Positions 1 to 12,894 of a stretch of DNA of 64,000 nt are shown in pieces (within the stretch, counting starts at the first letter, position 1; each line of letters begins with the position of its first letter). The notes beneath the pieces are model-generated. The model saw only the letters and a list, made by a program, of their open reading frames with translations. It was not told the DNA's origin and made no database searches. This stretch comes from Octopus bimaculoides (Eukaryota): contig NC_068993.1 in NCBI RefSeq assembly GCF_001194135.2, forward strand, positions 12,021,260 to 12,085,259, in the 5' to 3' direction. The position numbers and the translations under genes were made by a program.

Positions 1-48
1 ATATATATATATATATATATATATATAATACATAATAATAATAATGAT
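1..48. repeat. (TA)n followed by (TAA)n microsatellite at the 5' junction of the LINE
   Basis: Seen directly: atatat... then ataatacataataataataat immediately before the LINE-derived sequence. Confidence 0.95.
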
Positions 49-1052
49 TTAACGTGACTTGCAGTTTCAATATCCTTAACTGGTCAATTACTATTCTTGA
101 GAGGAAAATACGAAATTTTTTGACAATGCAAAGAATGCACCACCCTAAGGTAGATATAGAACGACTTTACCTGCCAAGAAACGAGGGTGGCCGTGGACGT
201 TTACAGCTGGAATTCACAATGAAGATTGCCACAGTTAGAATTAACATCTACCTGAAAACTATGATGACTGGATGTTAAAACTTGTCTTAAAGCATAAAAA
301 CAAGAAAGCATCACATTCCGTAACAAAACAGCAAAGGAATATCTAAGTGAATTCAAAATACAACAGAGTTCAGAATTAGACGTAACTAGAAGCAAACACA
401 GAAAAAAGGTAAGCGAATGAAAACCCGTGCTAAACCTACTGCCTTAGATATTCTTACTGATAAATGGTAGCAAAAACGCTCTGAATGGCAAATACGCAAA
501 CAGAGCTAATAATTCCGATGTTGACATAGCCCTTACACATCAATGGTTAGAGTGTTCTGGCTTTACACCGGAAACAAAAGCGTTTATCATAGCAGCCCAA
601 GATCAATGCCTATCTACAAGGAGCTACCAGACCAACAGAATACCGACAGTAGTCCAACATGTAGTGTATGTAGACAACAAAATGAATCCATTCAGCATGT
701 TGTCTCCATGTGCAGTCTTCTTGCACCTACAGAGTAGCTCAACATGCATGTTAAAGCAGCACAATATATTCACTGAGTAATTTGCAAAAACCTGGACCTG
801 CCACATAATAAAAACTGGTGGGAACATAAACCACCTCCAGTGCTTGAAAATGATCACATCTCACTCGTCTGGAACTTCACCGTACAAACCGACAGAAAGA
901 TAAATGCGAATAGGCCGCCTCTTCATTGATATGACTGTCCCAATCGACATAAATGTATCTGTCAAGACCTACCAAGAACTGAACAAGTATAAAGATCCTG
1001 AAACAGAAATTGGCAAAATGTGGTACATGAAGACTAAAACAATACATGTTTA
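49..1052 (+). mobile_element. Degenerate RLE-type non-LTR retrotransposon (R4/Dong-like), 3' ORF portion, subfamily A
   Basis: Frameshifted translation shows post-RT motif MHHPKVDIERLYLPRNEGGRG, then AAQDQCLSTRSY, CCHC knuckle TCSVCRQQNESIQHVVSMC, WWEHKPPPVLEND..WNFTVQTDRKINANRP and KYKDPETEIGKMW (restriction-like endonuclease). Many stops and frameshifts; 5' truncated. Confidence 0.9.
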
Positions 1053-1556
1053 TTATCACAGAAAATGAGAAAGCAACCATACTGTGAGATATGCCAATAC
1101 GCACAGAGCGAGTAATTAAGGCCAATAAGCCGAATATAATTGTTAGAGATCAACAATATAAACACTTTTCTTTCTAATCGTTGTATCAAAAACGAGAGAT
1201 GACAATGTTTCTATAAAAGGAAGGGAGACAATTTCAAAATACAAAAATGTGGAAATAGAGGTAACTCGAATGTGAAGTTTAAAAACAGAAACTATTCCTT
1301 TCATAGTAGGCGCATTAGTATGATAAAAAATATTCAGCAAATACCTAACAAAAACATCTGTACTAACAAGTATATATAAAATACAGAAAATAGCACTACT
1401 AGGCACGACAAACATCCTACGTAAAACACTTTAAATACAGCAAAAATAAGAGCATCACAACAAGCCACCGCACACACCCAAGGCACACAGAACTGTGCTC
1501 GGTAGTGCAATGAACACACGTGATAAGAATAAAACTACTGAATGATAATAATAATC
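1053..1556 (+). mobile_element. RLE-type LINE 3' end, subfamily B, with 3' UTR and (TAA)n tail
   Basis: ITENEKATIL*DMPIRTERVIKANKPNIIVRD...KYKNVEIEVTRM*SLKTETIPFIVGAL...IQKIALLGTTNILRKTL. The 3' UTR (ccaaggcacacagaactgtgctcggtagtg...aataaaactactgaa-taataataat) matches the reverse complement of 54330-54430. Confidence 0.9.
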
Positions 1557-2432
1557 GAAATGATGATGACGCCCTAAAAAGGAGAATTACAACTGACAAG
1601 GGTTGAACAATATGATAAATATTCTTGAGGCGATACCGTACCAAATCCACAGTATAGTGGCAAAGACCCAACCATATATGTGTGTTTGTTCGTGTGTGCA
1701 TGTGCGTGTGTGTGCTTGTATGTATGTGTATGTGTGTACGCATAATGTATATGCAATATATACATATATATATATATATATATANNNNNNNNNNNNNNNN
1801 NNNNNNNNNNNNNNNNNNNNNNNNNNNNNNNNNNNNNNNNNNNNNNNNNNNNNNNNNNNNNNNNNNNNNNNNNNNNNNNNNNNNNNNNNNNNNNNNNNNN
1901 NNNNNNNNNNNNNNNNNNNNNNNNNNNNNNNNNNNNNNNNNNNNNNNNNNNNNNNNNNNNNNCAGACACATTATTTTATCGTACCTATGAAATGATTCTT
2001 TGTGTTTGAATGAATGCAGCTAAGTATACGTGTATGCGTATACCTGCCCATTTATGATTAAAAGAAAAAATATGTATATATATGATATGTTGCTAGCACA
2101 ATAAGGCCATCAATAAGCAGAGCATTTTTGTACTTTTATTGTATTTCAATTCGCGCCTCAGCTTCATTATTATTTTTTTAAACACTTTTACATTGTTTCT
2201 ACAGAAGAGAACGTTCCACTTAGATATAATTACGAATGCATTCTGTGGATTTCTATGTTTCTATGGGTTCTTATATAATTTTACATAATAATTTCCCCAA
2301 TTACATTTTACCACTTATGTTGCAAGCGTGTCATTCAAAGAGAAAGAATATACATGCATATATGTGTGTGTGTATCTCTGTGTATGTGTTTATATGTGTA
2401 TGTGTGTATACATATGTATTATATGTATATAC

Positions 2433-2507
<75 letters not shown>

Positions 2508-3109
2508 TATATACATATAAATATTCATACCTTAATGCAAACATAATACGCTTGTGAAACTATATTATTTATGTACGAATTTATGGATGTACACATTATA
2601 CGCGCTATATATGTATGTCTGTTTGTCGGTCTATCAAATTCTCTATCTACCTAAATATCTATATATTTATATTTATGTACGTATGTGCGTCCCTGTATGC
2701 ACAAATACACACATGGACACACACGTATATATGCATTATACTTGTGTGCGTGGACCATCAGAGGCGCATTGCAACAGCCTACAAAAAATATCCCTTCCCT
2801 TCTCTTCTAAGAAACTCCCTGAGTTACTTTCCAATTTTTCTCCTTGATTTCATGCACTCTTATGGCTATTGCAATAGTAAACACCCTTTTGTATCTTAAA
2901 TATTTCAGTTTAGCGAGAGATTCGCACACCGAGCCTTCTCTTACCCTTGGTGTTGGCATTTCTTGACTTTCTGTGCTACAGGTGGCAAGTCCTACACATA
3001 TTTCATATGCAGCCAGAACAATCTAATGTGGTTTACAGAACGTTCTTTCTTCCTTCATAACTTATTCAAGTTTCCATATGTTACTCACTTTAATACTTTT
3101 ACTGACTGA

Positions 3110-3755
3110 TGTGAAGACAATTTCGAAGCTCGCTATGCAATACAATTTTCTGGTAAACTGGCTAAAAACAACACTACTGGGAGTTATGATTGCTTACGGA
3201 TTAACTTGTATCAGGTGAGTGTCTGTTTTTATCTGGCATAAGAAACGAGGCACAGCAATTCCATCAGGAAGCTCATGATCATCTTCTTTCGTGAGCAAGG
3301 TCATCTATATTCACTAGGTTACCTCTGGCAAGACCGTCAACAAAGAGTATTTTGTGGAGGTTGAGAGCGATTGAAGAAGAGATTTCGTCGCAAAACGTCA
3401 GAGGAACTGTACCAGCACAATACACCTACTCCCAGTACTATCTTAGTTACCAACTAATTCACAGAGATATGTATGAAAACTGTCTTTCACCGTCGCATTA
3501 GTCTAGACCTTGCTTCACTGTGACTTGTGATTGGTTCCCAAGCTGAATGAGAAGATGAGGTAAGCTGTGAGAAGGATCATGGGCACCTTCAATTCGAAAA
3601 CATCTACAGGATCTTCACGAAGTGGTTGGGCCGCTACAATAGAGTACATTGAAATCAGAGGAGACTATTCTAAAGGAGATTAGCGTGCTGTACTTCTTTG
3701 CAATTAATGAATATCTTTCCCTAAAAGAATCCCACAATTTTTGGCATGCATCTTT
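3110..3755 (+). mobile_element. Mariner (Tc1/mariner) transposase relic with large internal deletion
   Basis: N-terminal FEARYAIQFSGKLAK, then SGKLMIIFF, VNKEYFVEV..RLKKRFRRKR, a degenerate SPDLAPCD motif (ctagaccttgcttcactgtgacttg) and C-terminal W..CIEIRGDY. Confidence 0.8.
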
Positions 3756-3789
3756 CCTTCCCAGTATCACAAATGAATAGCTTAAAGAC

Positions 3790-4010
3790 TTCTTTCGGTC
3801 ATAAATAACCATGGGATTCCATATCGAATGTTTCGCCCCGAGGCTCAAGTCAGGGAAAGTTTGTTCATGGAAGACCAGCAGTCACCCATAAATGCCAGTC
3901 TCCCCTATCCACGCCACAGTTGCTATCCAATGGAAATGCATATACCGGTAAAACAGGGCACCAATGACGTCGCAACTCATATGTTCGATGCTGGTGTTTC
4001 ACTCTATAAA
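3790..4010 (-). mobile_element. SINE family B, 3' portion
   Basis: Partial overlap similarity (ggcacca..gtc.caac.cat.t) with the reverse complement of the tRNA-headed copy at 61855-62040; otherwise family recognition from memory. Confidence 0.5.
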
Positions 4011-4573
4011 TATTCGTCTCCAGATTTCTCATGTATCATCCTTTTTCAGCTGTAACCTATATGCACCTCTTTGTTAATCTAATGAAAAGACGTGTCCAAG
4101 ACGTGTCACGCGCATATTGGTATTTTTCAATCGTAAATACAAATCGTATGAAATATTTTTTAGAAAACCCTACGGCTTCTATTTAATACAACACGGATTC
4201 ATGCCAGGTCATTATACGTCCTTCTCATTTAAATGTGACTTGAAACTCACATTACAGTATCTGCATGTAAGGATAATGTTGAAAACTCAAGAAGAAATCT
4301 TACTTTGTCTTACAGTATATACGTTTTTCTGTGGTTGTGTATTTATGTATATATATGTATGTACACACACAGACTTGTATATGTATATAGACATTAAATA
4401 TGTGCATATATATATATAAGTATATATATGTGTTTGTGTGTCTGTATGTGTCTGTATGTATATATATATATATATATATGTAATATACTGCAACACACAT
4501 GTTATAAAATATAAGATTATTTTTCTAGTAAGACTAGTTAGACTATATCTCAGCTGAAGATAGTAAATGAAGG

Positions 4574-4733
4574 GAGATTTTCTTATTCCTGTTGAGCAGA
4601 AAAAAACGAGTAGAGGAAAATAATTTGACTTGTTTTATGGCTGATTGCTCACTCCTCGGCAGATAAATACTCTTCACACCTTGTTCCCTTTAAGGAGTAG
4701 CCAATCAACCATAAATCATGTCAAGAAAATCTC
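4574..4733. repeat. Short fold-back (imperfect palindromic) element
   Basis: 4625-4656 matches the reverse complement of 4693-4724 at 26/32 nt. Outer arm gagattttct (4574) pairs with agaaaatctc (4724-4733). Confidence 0.7.
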
Positions 4734-4949
4734 TTTGATGCCAAATCTTTGTTATGTTACTGCCTTGCACTCCACCTGTTAGTGTTGTTAATAAATTCTT
4801 ACTACTGCTGTTAAACCTTTCTTTTACTCTTAATGAATGTATTATTTTTTCCCACTCTAATTCTCAGATGTTTCTGCGTTCTTAATGTTTATATATATNN
4901 NNNNNNNNNNNNNNNNNNNNNNNNNNNNNNNNNNNNNNNNNNNNNNNNN

Positions 4950-4988
<39 letters not shown>

Positions 4989-5930
4989 TCTCCTTTTGAA
5001 CACATGCCAAATCTGCATGGATTTATCTTCTTATTGTTGTATCTTCAAATTATACATTTTATTTCTGTATGTTGTTGTTTTATGAATACCTATTTCAGTT
5101 TGTTTTTAATATTTATGTCAAATACATCATTCTGGTTAGTAAAGCGCTCCTGCTTGGAAAATCGTGTTATCTGGCATTTATTTGCTAGCATCAATGAGTC
5201 GGATATTTTTGTTCTTATTTTCGTGATCTCTAACAATTTCATGCAGGTTTTGTGGTCTTTTCTAATATTTATTTATTTATTTGTATTTCTTATGCGCATA
5301 TTACACCCTGCCATTTCTATTTAGCTGATTAAGGATACGTTTGTTCCCCTTCTTTTGACAAACTTATATAGTAACTATTTCTTTCGTTTTTCCTTGGTCG
5401 TTTACGGTGAGCAGTGTCAAACTCTATTTGGGGCGAATTCAGTTTTTGTTCATGTTTGGCTTTTCTACCTTTCAAACATTGTTTTATATAAATATTTATA
5501 AAAACTTGTTGGATGTTTTTATTATTTCCCATAGATGTTTGTTTATTCTATGCCCATATATACAGAGGTGATTTCGTTGATCCGTGTTTATATATTATAT
5601 CAAGATCAATTCTATTATCTCCATTGTATCTTCTTTTTCTTCATATTCAATGCAGCTTATTCTTTTCTGTTACTTTCTCCTCCCACCACCATATTCTGCT
5701 CATTTTTATATGCGAGATCCAAAGAACGTTTTTGGTTGTGCTTGGAATATCGAACAAAACACATAGTTTAACACAATCAACTTATCGTCGGCTGCTCTTA
5801 GCATAGTTCTCTCTATTGCAAAAAAAAAAATCCGATCAAATCTCAAGACACGAACTTGACTGCAATATTCATGAAAACATAGATAAGCCGATGTTCAAGT
5901 TGAGTACCAATCGCATACAATTCAGCGCTA

Positions 5931-6140
5931 TTTTTTATCTTTTATCATTTAGTTACTGCGGCCATGCTGGGCCACTGCCTTGAAGAAATGTTACTCGAAC
6001 GGATCAACCCCTGTGCTTATTATTTTCTTGAGCCTGCAACATATTCTGTCGGTCTCTCCTTTCTGAACCGCTAAGTTAGAGGGACATAAACACACCAGCA
6101 CCGGTTGTCAAGCAGTGATGGTGGGGAGCAAACACACACA
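5931..6140 (-). mobile_element. SINE family A, 3' half
   Basis: actgcggccatgctgg...ctgaaccgctaagtta...cacaccagcaccggttgtcaagcagtgatggtgggg is shared with 16500-16660, 27090-27230 and (reversed) 14330-14490. It abuts the (CA)(TC)(TA) tract. Confidence 0.8.
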
Positions 6141-6155
6141 CAAATAATATGCACA

Positions 6156-6261
<106 letters not shown>

Positions 6262-6849
6262 CGGCAGGTTCCTTAGTGTCTTTGACATCCTTTCCTCCAT
6301 CCAACTTGTATAGTATTATACATTAACACGACCACAGTCAGAAGTCGATTCATTTCCTGTTTGAGATAAAATGTAATCCTAAGACATTTGTTCAAATGCA
6401 TTTTGGTCGCCATGAAACCAAGTACCTAGAGTTATGCTGAATTAATTTACATGTCATTTGCATGTTAGATCTGTGGATACCTCTGTTGCGACAGAAGGAA
6501 GAGCTGTACCACAAAGTCTAGCCATTCTGGATATTCCATCTTCTTGAGACTATACTATCCAATATGTCCGTCCACTATCAAGTCAGTAGGATACATAATT
6601 TGAAAGACATGAAACTGATATACCCCACTGCGAGAAATAATTTGAAGGAGATGAAACTGTTATTTTGTCCTGCGATATGTCGCCGTTCCACATTCGACTA
6701 AACATGGAAGAATATCTGTATAAGAAAATTTTCTGAAGTCCTAGGAGGTCGAGCAAACGCGGAGAATTTCCTGTTTTGTTTGAACAAAGCAGTGTCACAA
6801 AGAAGCTGAAAATGTACGGTATAAAACGTATTCACTTTGTTGAATAATG

Positions 6850-6985
6850 TGGTGTAATAATCGATTTTAAATCTTGGCAGTTTTCAACTGGTACTTTCTT
6901 TTTCGACCCAGAATTGATGAAGGTCAAAGTCGATCTCAGCTGGATTTAAACGTATACCGTAAAGACGGACAAAATACCGTCCTCA
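6850..6985 (-). mobile_element. SINE family C fragment (tRNA-derived)
   Basis: ggtcaaagtcgatctcagctggatttaaac...taaagacggacaaaataccg is similar to 24440-24510, whose reverse strand carries a B-box-like GAGTTCAAATTC. Confidence 0.55.
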
Positions 6986-7835
6986 TAACGAAGCTGCCGC
7001 CTCACCAGCAATAATTAGAACAATAATTACAACATATGCTGTTCTGCTCCAGAATTTCTTTCCTCTGGTTCTTCTCATGGTCCTCCGAGATGTGGTACTT
7101 ACAGCAACAAATAACAAACTCCACAAAAAAAAGATGATAATAATAATAAATACATATAATATGAAATATTTGTAATTTCTTTTGCCTGTCACACTTTCTT
7201 ACTATGTATAAAACTTATTTTTGTATAATGATATACATACATTTTCTCTGATGTTATCGTCTATGCGCCTTGGATATCTGTGACATGTTACGTACCGGTG
7301 AACACATCACAACTAAATACCTAAATAAAACTCTTTTTTACACCGTGCAAGAGCGAAAACGTTGGAATGGAGTCTATTGTATTCTTCGGCGAGAAAAGCA
7401 TATTCTCTTATTCTGTAAGTATATTATTAAGGGGAGTAAATTGGATGTGCTGACAATATTTTCTCGGCAACTATTTCGTGAGTGAATCTAAGACAAAAGC
7501 ATTCAAATGAAGAGTTTGTCTCGGAGAATTTTCTCGTTACTTTAACTACGACCAAGATCTTTTTCAAAGGCAAATGAAATCAAACAAGCAAGAGCAGCGT
7601 TGTAAATGAAGATATATATACACACATATACGTATATATATATATATATNNNNNNNNNNNNNNNNNNNNNNNNNNNNNNNNNNNNNNNNNNNNNNNNNNN
7701 NNNNNNNNNNNNNNNNNNNNNNNNNNNNNNNNNNNNNNNNNNNNNNNNNNNNNNNNNNNNNNNNNNNNNNNNNNNNNNNNNNNNNNNNNNNNNNNNNNNN
7801 NNNNNNNNNNNNNNNNNNNNNNNNNNNNNNNNNNN

Positions 7836-7882
<47 letters not shown>

Positions 7883-8455
7883 TCTGTTCGTTTCCATCTC
7901 AGTCCTACACACACACACACACACACATACATGCACATTGAAAGAGAGAAGCTATCATACGTGAAAGACTTCAGTTCGAATTAAAGAAAACGCTAATGAT
8001 ATAGAGATATTTGCAAAAGAAATTTACAAGTTGACTTTTCGACGAGCTTTAGTACCATTTGATAAAATTATATATCTAACGAATAGGAGGGCCCTGTGTT
8101 TTGTTTACACGTCGTATTCTTAGGTAGTTTTTCTGATTGCAAAATGAATCACCTTCATTAGCAACTATTCATGAAGCCAGTGGAAAACGGTGGTGGATGT
8201 CGCAGCAGTCAGTTGTTCGTGCTTGTGGCAGCTACCATGATAAATCTCATTGGTGTAGGACTGCTAATAATGAAACCGATCCTCTTGTCATTTTGGAATA
8301 TTCTGTTGTCTTTCTGCGTCTTTTTCTGGTGAGGCATGGTAATTGGATTTCGTTACAGATTAGTTTGTTCTGGTCAAGAGTGGCTCTGTATTTCATCAAT
8401 TTTGATCAAAGTCATTTGCTTTATTCACTGCATGAAACTCTCGCTTCCCACTTAC

Positions 8456-8530
8456 CTATCTATCTATCTATCTATCTATCTATATATCTATATATCTATC
8501 TATCTATCTATCTATATATCTATATATCTC

Positions 8531-8578
<48 letters not shown>

Positions 8579-8638
8579 ACTATTTTTCTCTGTATATCTA
8601 TTTATTCATCGATCACACTCTCTCTCTATCTCTCTGTA

Positions 8639-8692
<54 letters not shown>

Positions 8693-8730
8693 CCTATCTC
8701 TTTCTCTCTCCCTACATTTATCTATCTAGC
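8456..8730. repeat. (TCTA)n / (TA)n / (TC)n compound microsatellite
   Basis: Seen directly; it explains the YLSI-repeat ORFs. Confidence 0.95.
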
Positions 8731-10891
8731 TATTCATCTTACTAATATCTCTATCTCTTTCTCTGATCTTCCAGTTTTTCCTTCCCCAAACCTTCCCACT
8801 TTATCCTCTCTTCCCCCGACTTTAACTTCTACTTCTTTCTTCGTGCATTGAGTAACTTTGACTGTAGATAATTTAATGTTTAACACGAGTGTCAACGGAA
8901 TTCAGCTTTCACGATAGTCAGTGTGAAAGGCGAGACGAGTATTAGATTTAAATAGCTCTTACTATTAAGTAGGTATTGAGAAAATCTAGAATCGGAAATA
9001 TGGCGATGGCTGTTTCTCCTCATACGCTTATTTGGATTGTCCTTATTCTTATTGCTGCTGTAGTACTTGCATTTGCTGTTGATGATTTTGATGATGGCAT
9101 TCATTGAGATGACCGTGTTGGAGATGGTGTTGCTGTGGTTATATTACTGTTGTTGTTTAACGATATTAGTGTCCAGCTCCGATAGCAGCAATAAGACTGT
9201 GTATTGAAGTAGTAGTAATGAATTAATTGACCGAAATGTATAAATATATATGAAGAAGAATGTATATATATTTCTATAGCTATGAATATATGAATATACA
9301 TGTGTGTATGTAAAAGTACTTCTATAGAGACATCCATATATATAGATATATGCGCGTTCGTATGTGTGCGAGCGCGTGTGTGTATGCGAGTGTCTGCAAG
9401 CGTTAGCTTGCACTAGTGTGTATAGATATATGTATATATGTATGTATATATGTATATATTTAAATGTATATACATATATAAATGTATATACATATATATA
9501 TGTATATACATATATATACATGTATATATATGTAAATATGGGTGCATGCATATATGATATGCAAAGATACGTACATACATAGATACGTAGATACGTACAT
9601 GCATAAATACATCTACATACATACATACATGCATACGTATAAGGCAGACGACGCATATGTTTATGCATATCTGTAAGTCTGTATATGAATATGACAAGAA
9701 GGAAATATAATATTAAGTGAAGAAGCAATGGAGACTAATTAATTAAGAAAAATCAATGATTTGCATATCGCATTTACAGGATTACACCAACCCGCTGGTT
9801 GCTAGTGATATTTTAACGAAACAGTTATGAACAAGTCATATTTAAATTAAATTTAATATTTACTGATTAATAGTCGATGGAGCACAAGGAAGACTGTGTA
9901 TTGAACGAAGTAAATGCTTTGTGTTATGTAGTGACTTCACACTACATCATCTGCCCAAATAGACACTGGCGTTGACATTATATGAAACTATCAATCGTGA
10001 ATGAAATGAGCATGAATAATATAGGACTTCCAATTCCTGGACAGTAGTTTGTGGCCATTTCACAATACGCACACGCATATATTCAAACACAAACACACAC
10101 ACACAATCCCATTCCCGTATGTATACATACGATGCGTCCTGCCCTACTCTTCGAAACGCCTGTGTGAGAATGGGAGTAGCTGATGAAGGAAATTGTTCTC
10201 TATGTGGCCTGTGTTTGTTCTGTACTCTGGTTATTTATTTTTTTTTGTCTACGTTTTGTTTGCAATGTCCTGTACCCACATATGTACCTATATATACAGG
10301 TAGACGTAGGTATGCACATACTCATTTATTATTTGTTTTACATATTATTTATATATATATNNNNNNNNNNNNNNNNNNNNNNNNNNNNNNNNNNNNNNNN
10401 NNNNNNNNNNNNNNNNNNNNNNNNNNNNNNNNNNNNNNNNNNNNNNNNNNNNNNNNNNNNNNNNNNNNNNNNNNNNNNNNNNNNNNNNNNNNNNNNNNNN
10501 NNNNNNNNNNNNNNNNNNNNNNNNNNNNNNNNNNNNNNNNNNNNNNNNNNNNNNNNNNNNNNNNNNNNNNNNNNNNNNNNNNNNNNNNNNNNNNNNNNNN
10601 NNNNNNNNNNNNNNNNNNNNNNNNNNNNNNNNNNNNNNNNNNNNNNNNNNNNNNNNNNNNNNNNNNNNNNNNNNNNNNNNNNNNNNNNNNNNNNNNNNNN
10701 NNNNNNNNNNNNNNNNNNNNNNNNNNNNNNNNNNNNNNNNNNNNNNNNNNNNNNNNNNNNNNNNNNNNNNNNNNNNNNNNNNNNNNNNNNNNNNNNNNNN
10801 NNNNNNNNNNNNNNNNNNNNNNNNNNNNNNNNNNNNNNNNNNNNNNNNNNNNNNNNNNNNNNNNNNNNNNNNNNNNNNNNNNNNNNNNNNN

Positions 10892-10923
<32 letters not shown>

Positions 10924-11964
10924 TGATTTTGAGCATATGTGTGTTTGCATGTATATTAGATGTCTGTCGTACAAAATATGTTGTGGAGGTTATTTAGCGG
11001 CGCTGAATGAAAAAAGGATTAAATTTCAGGAAATGATGTACATATAAATAAATAGACCATTTAAAGTTGAAAAGAACGGTATTTCTTGTTTTTGATGAAA
11101 CAGATAAATATATATATGTATATTTTGCTTGTTAATCCTTCATCGAAGTAGGATTTTTCTTCTTATCTCCATGTCGATTTCGAAGATTCACATATACAGA
11201 CTCATAGAACTGTGAACAATCATGTTCAAGAGGAATTGATAGCATTCTGAACATTCATGATTAAATGTCATTGATAAAAATTATAAAGAGAAAGTAACAC
11301 AAAGGGATCACTGGCAGAGAGCTTGACGGACTTCTTCAGCCAGCTGGTCATGCTACTTCTGGCTGATGACGAGCAAAAACTCAGAAACATGCCCCTGAAT
11401 GCAGGCTTGGCTGGGTGGAGGAGTTTGTCTCCCCCTCGCAAACATAAGGACACAGAAAATGTGTCAAGGCCGAAGGAAGAGGTGTTGCTTCCTAGGGCTA
11501 AATAGCAGTAGCATATTCCCTTATTGGGACAGTCACGTTAAGTTGACAGTATACAACTACTTTATCGCATCACTACTGCTTAAATTTCTCTGAGAGATTT
11601 AGAAATGTATTATTTCTAATTTATCAACAACTTGTTTTCCCAATAACGTACTTGGACATTACGTTTTTGTTAAGACTCCTTAAGGGTTAGCAAAGTTTCC
11701 TAGTGCGGTGAATGCGGAGTGATATTTATTCAGAAGCAAAATGGGGCAAGTATGGATGTTTCATTCTAACTTACGTATCATCAGGATAGCATTACAAATC
11801 GTGCGTCCAACGTCAGTAATTCTTATACTTTATTTATTGGGGTTAGTTACTAACTGGAGGTAGTATTCACATGTAAACAAATTGTTAAGAGTCAAGAATG
11901 CTTGTCGTTATCAAGTTGAGAAATGAAATACATTTTTGTTTTTGAAAAGTAGTTGCTGTTGTAT

Positions 11965-12340
11965 GAAGGTTAAGATAATGAACAATACATATATATATAT
12001 TGCTGGTGGGGAATTAAATTTTCTTTCATCTTCACTGAAACACTAACATTTCTTAAATGATATTTTTTTTCCTTTGCAACATGTTCTTACTTAGAATTCT
12101 AAGATATCTTACTGTTGTTTAATTCATCAATGAACTGCTTTCTGCAAAATTAGTATCTCTTGTTTGAAGATTAAATTAATGAACAATACCTATATATATA
12201 TATATATATATATATATCGCTTCTAGGGAATTAAATCTTCTTTTATTTTGAAATCAAACACTAACGTTTCTTAAATGAATTATATTTTTTTCGTTTCGTA
12301 ACATTCTTCTTGCTTAGAATTTTGAGATGTCTTGTAGTTT
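11965..12340. repeat. Degenerate tandem duplication, about 201 bp period
   Basis: gaag.ttaa.ataatgaacaatac.(ta)n...gggaattaaat...aaacactaac.tttcttaaatga...cttagaatt.t.agat.tctt occurs at 11965 and 12166. Confidence 0.8.
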
Positions 12341-12654
12341 ATGTCTTAAGGTAGAATCTTTCATGCTAAGAACAGTGAATTCCTTCACATTCCTAAGATC
12401 TATGAGTGGTATCAAACCAATGCGAAAGAAGAAAGACGGCGTTGAGTGCAAACCTCAATTACAGAGGAAAAGATCTCCGTGCAGCATGAAGAGAAATTCA
12501 AATTTCTTTGAATATTACAAAGACTGGACAATTCTTCGAGCGAAAGTGAGAATTGTTGCCGATATTATTATTGTTACTGTTGCAGATGCTTTTGTTGTTG
12601 ATCTTACTACGTTTCTTGGAATTATCTACGTCATATTGCTTCAGAGTTTAATGT

Positions 12655-12740
12655 AACAAAGTAAAAGGTAAAATGTCAACTCTGGCGGAATTTAGCGTAT
12701 GTTGATAAAGGCCTTGAAATTTAGCGTTTAAAGAAAAATA
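12655..12740 (-). mobile_element. SINE family C short fragment
   Basis: aaaggtaaaatgtcaactctggcggaattt resembles the 6915 and 24450 copies. Confidence 0.35.
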
Positions 12741-12851
12741 GCCATTATTATATACGTTTGCAGTGAGGATTCGCACTTAGATACACGCATACAAAAATAG
12801 ACATATATTCACACACGTATGTGTGAGAACATATCTTTATGTGTAAATATT

Positions 12852-12894
<43 letters not shown>

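Noticed and set aside
6983-7192. Minus ORF with basic stretch plus hydrophobic tail (VAMP-like look)
   Set aside because: No SNARE heptad motif, the start lies in low-complexity sequence, and there is no supporting splice structure.
9000-9107. 35-aa signal-peptide-like ORF MAMAVSPHTLIWIV...
   Set aside because: It sits in decayed GCT/GTT/GAT trinucleotide sequence, which yields hydrophobic peptides by composition.
11290-11505. GC-richer open frame of about 70 codons (SLTDFFSQLVMLLLADDEQKLRNM...)
   Set aside because: No good acceptor or donor and no recognisable motif; may be an unidentified repeat.
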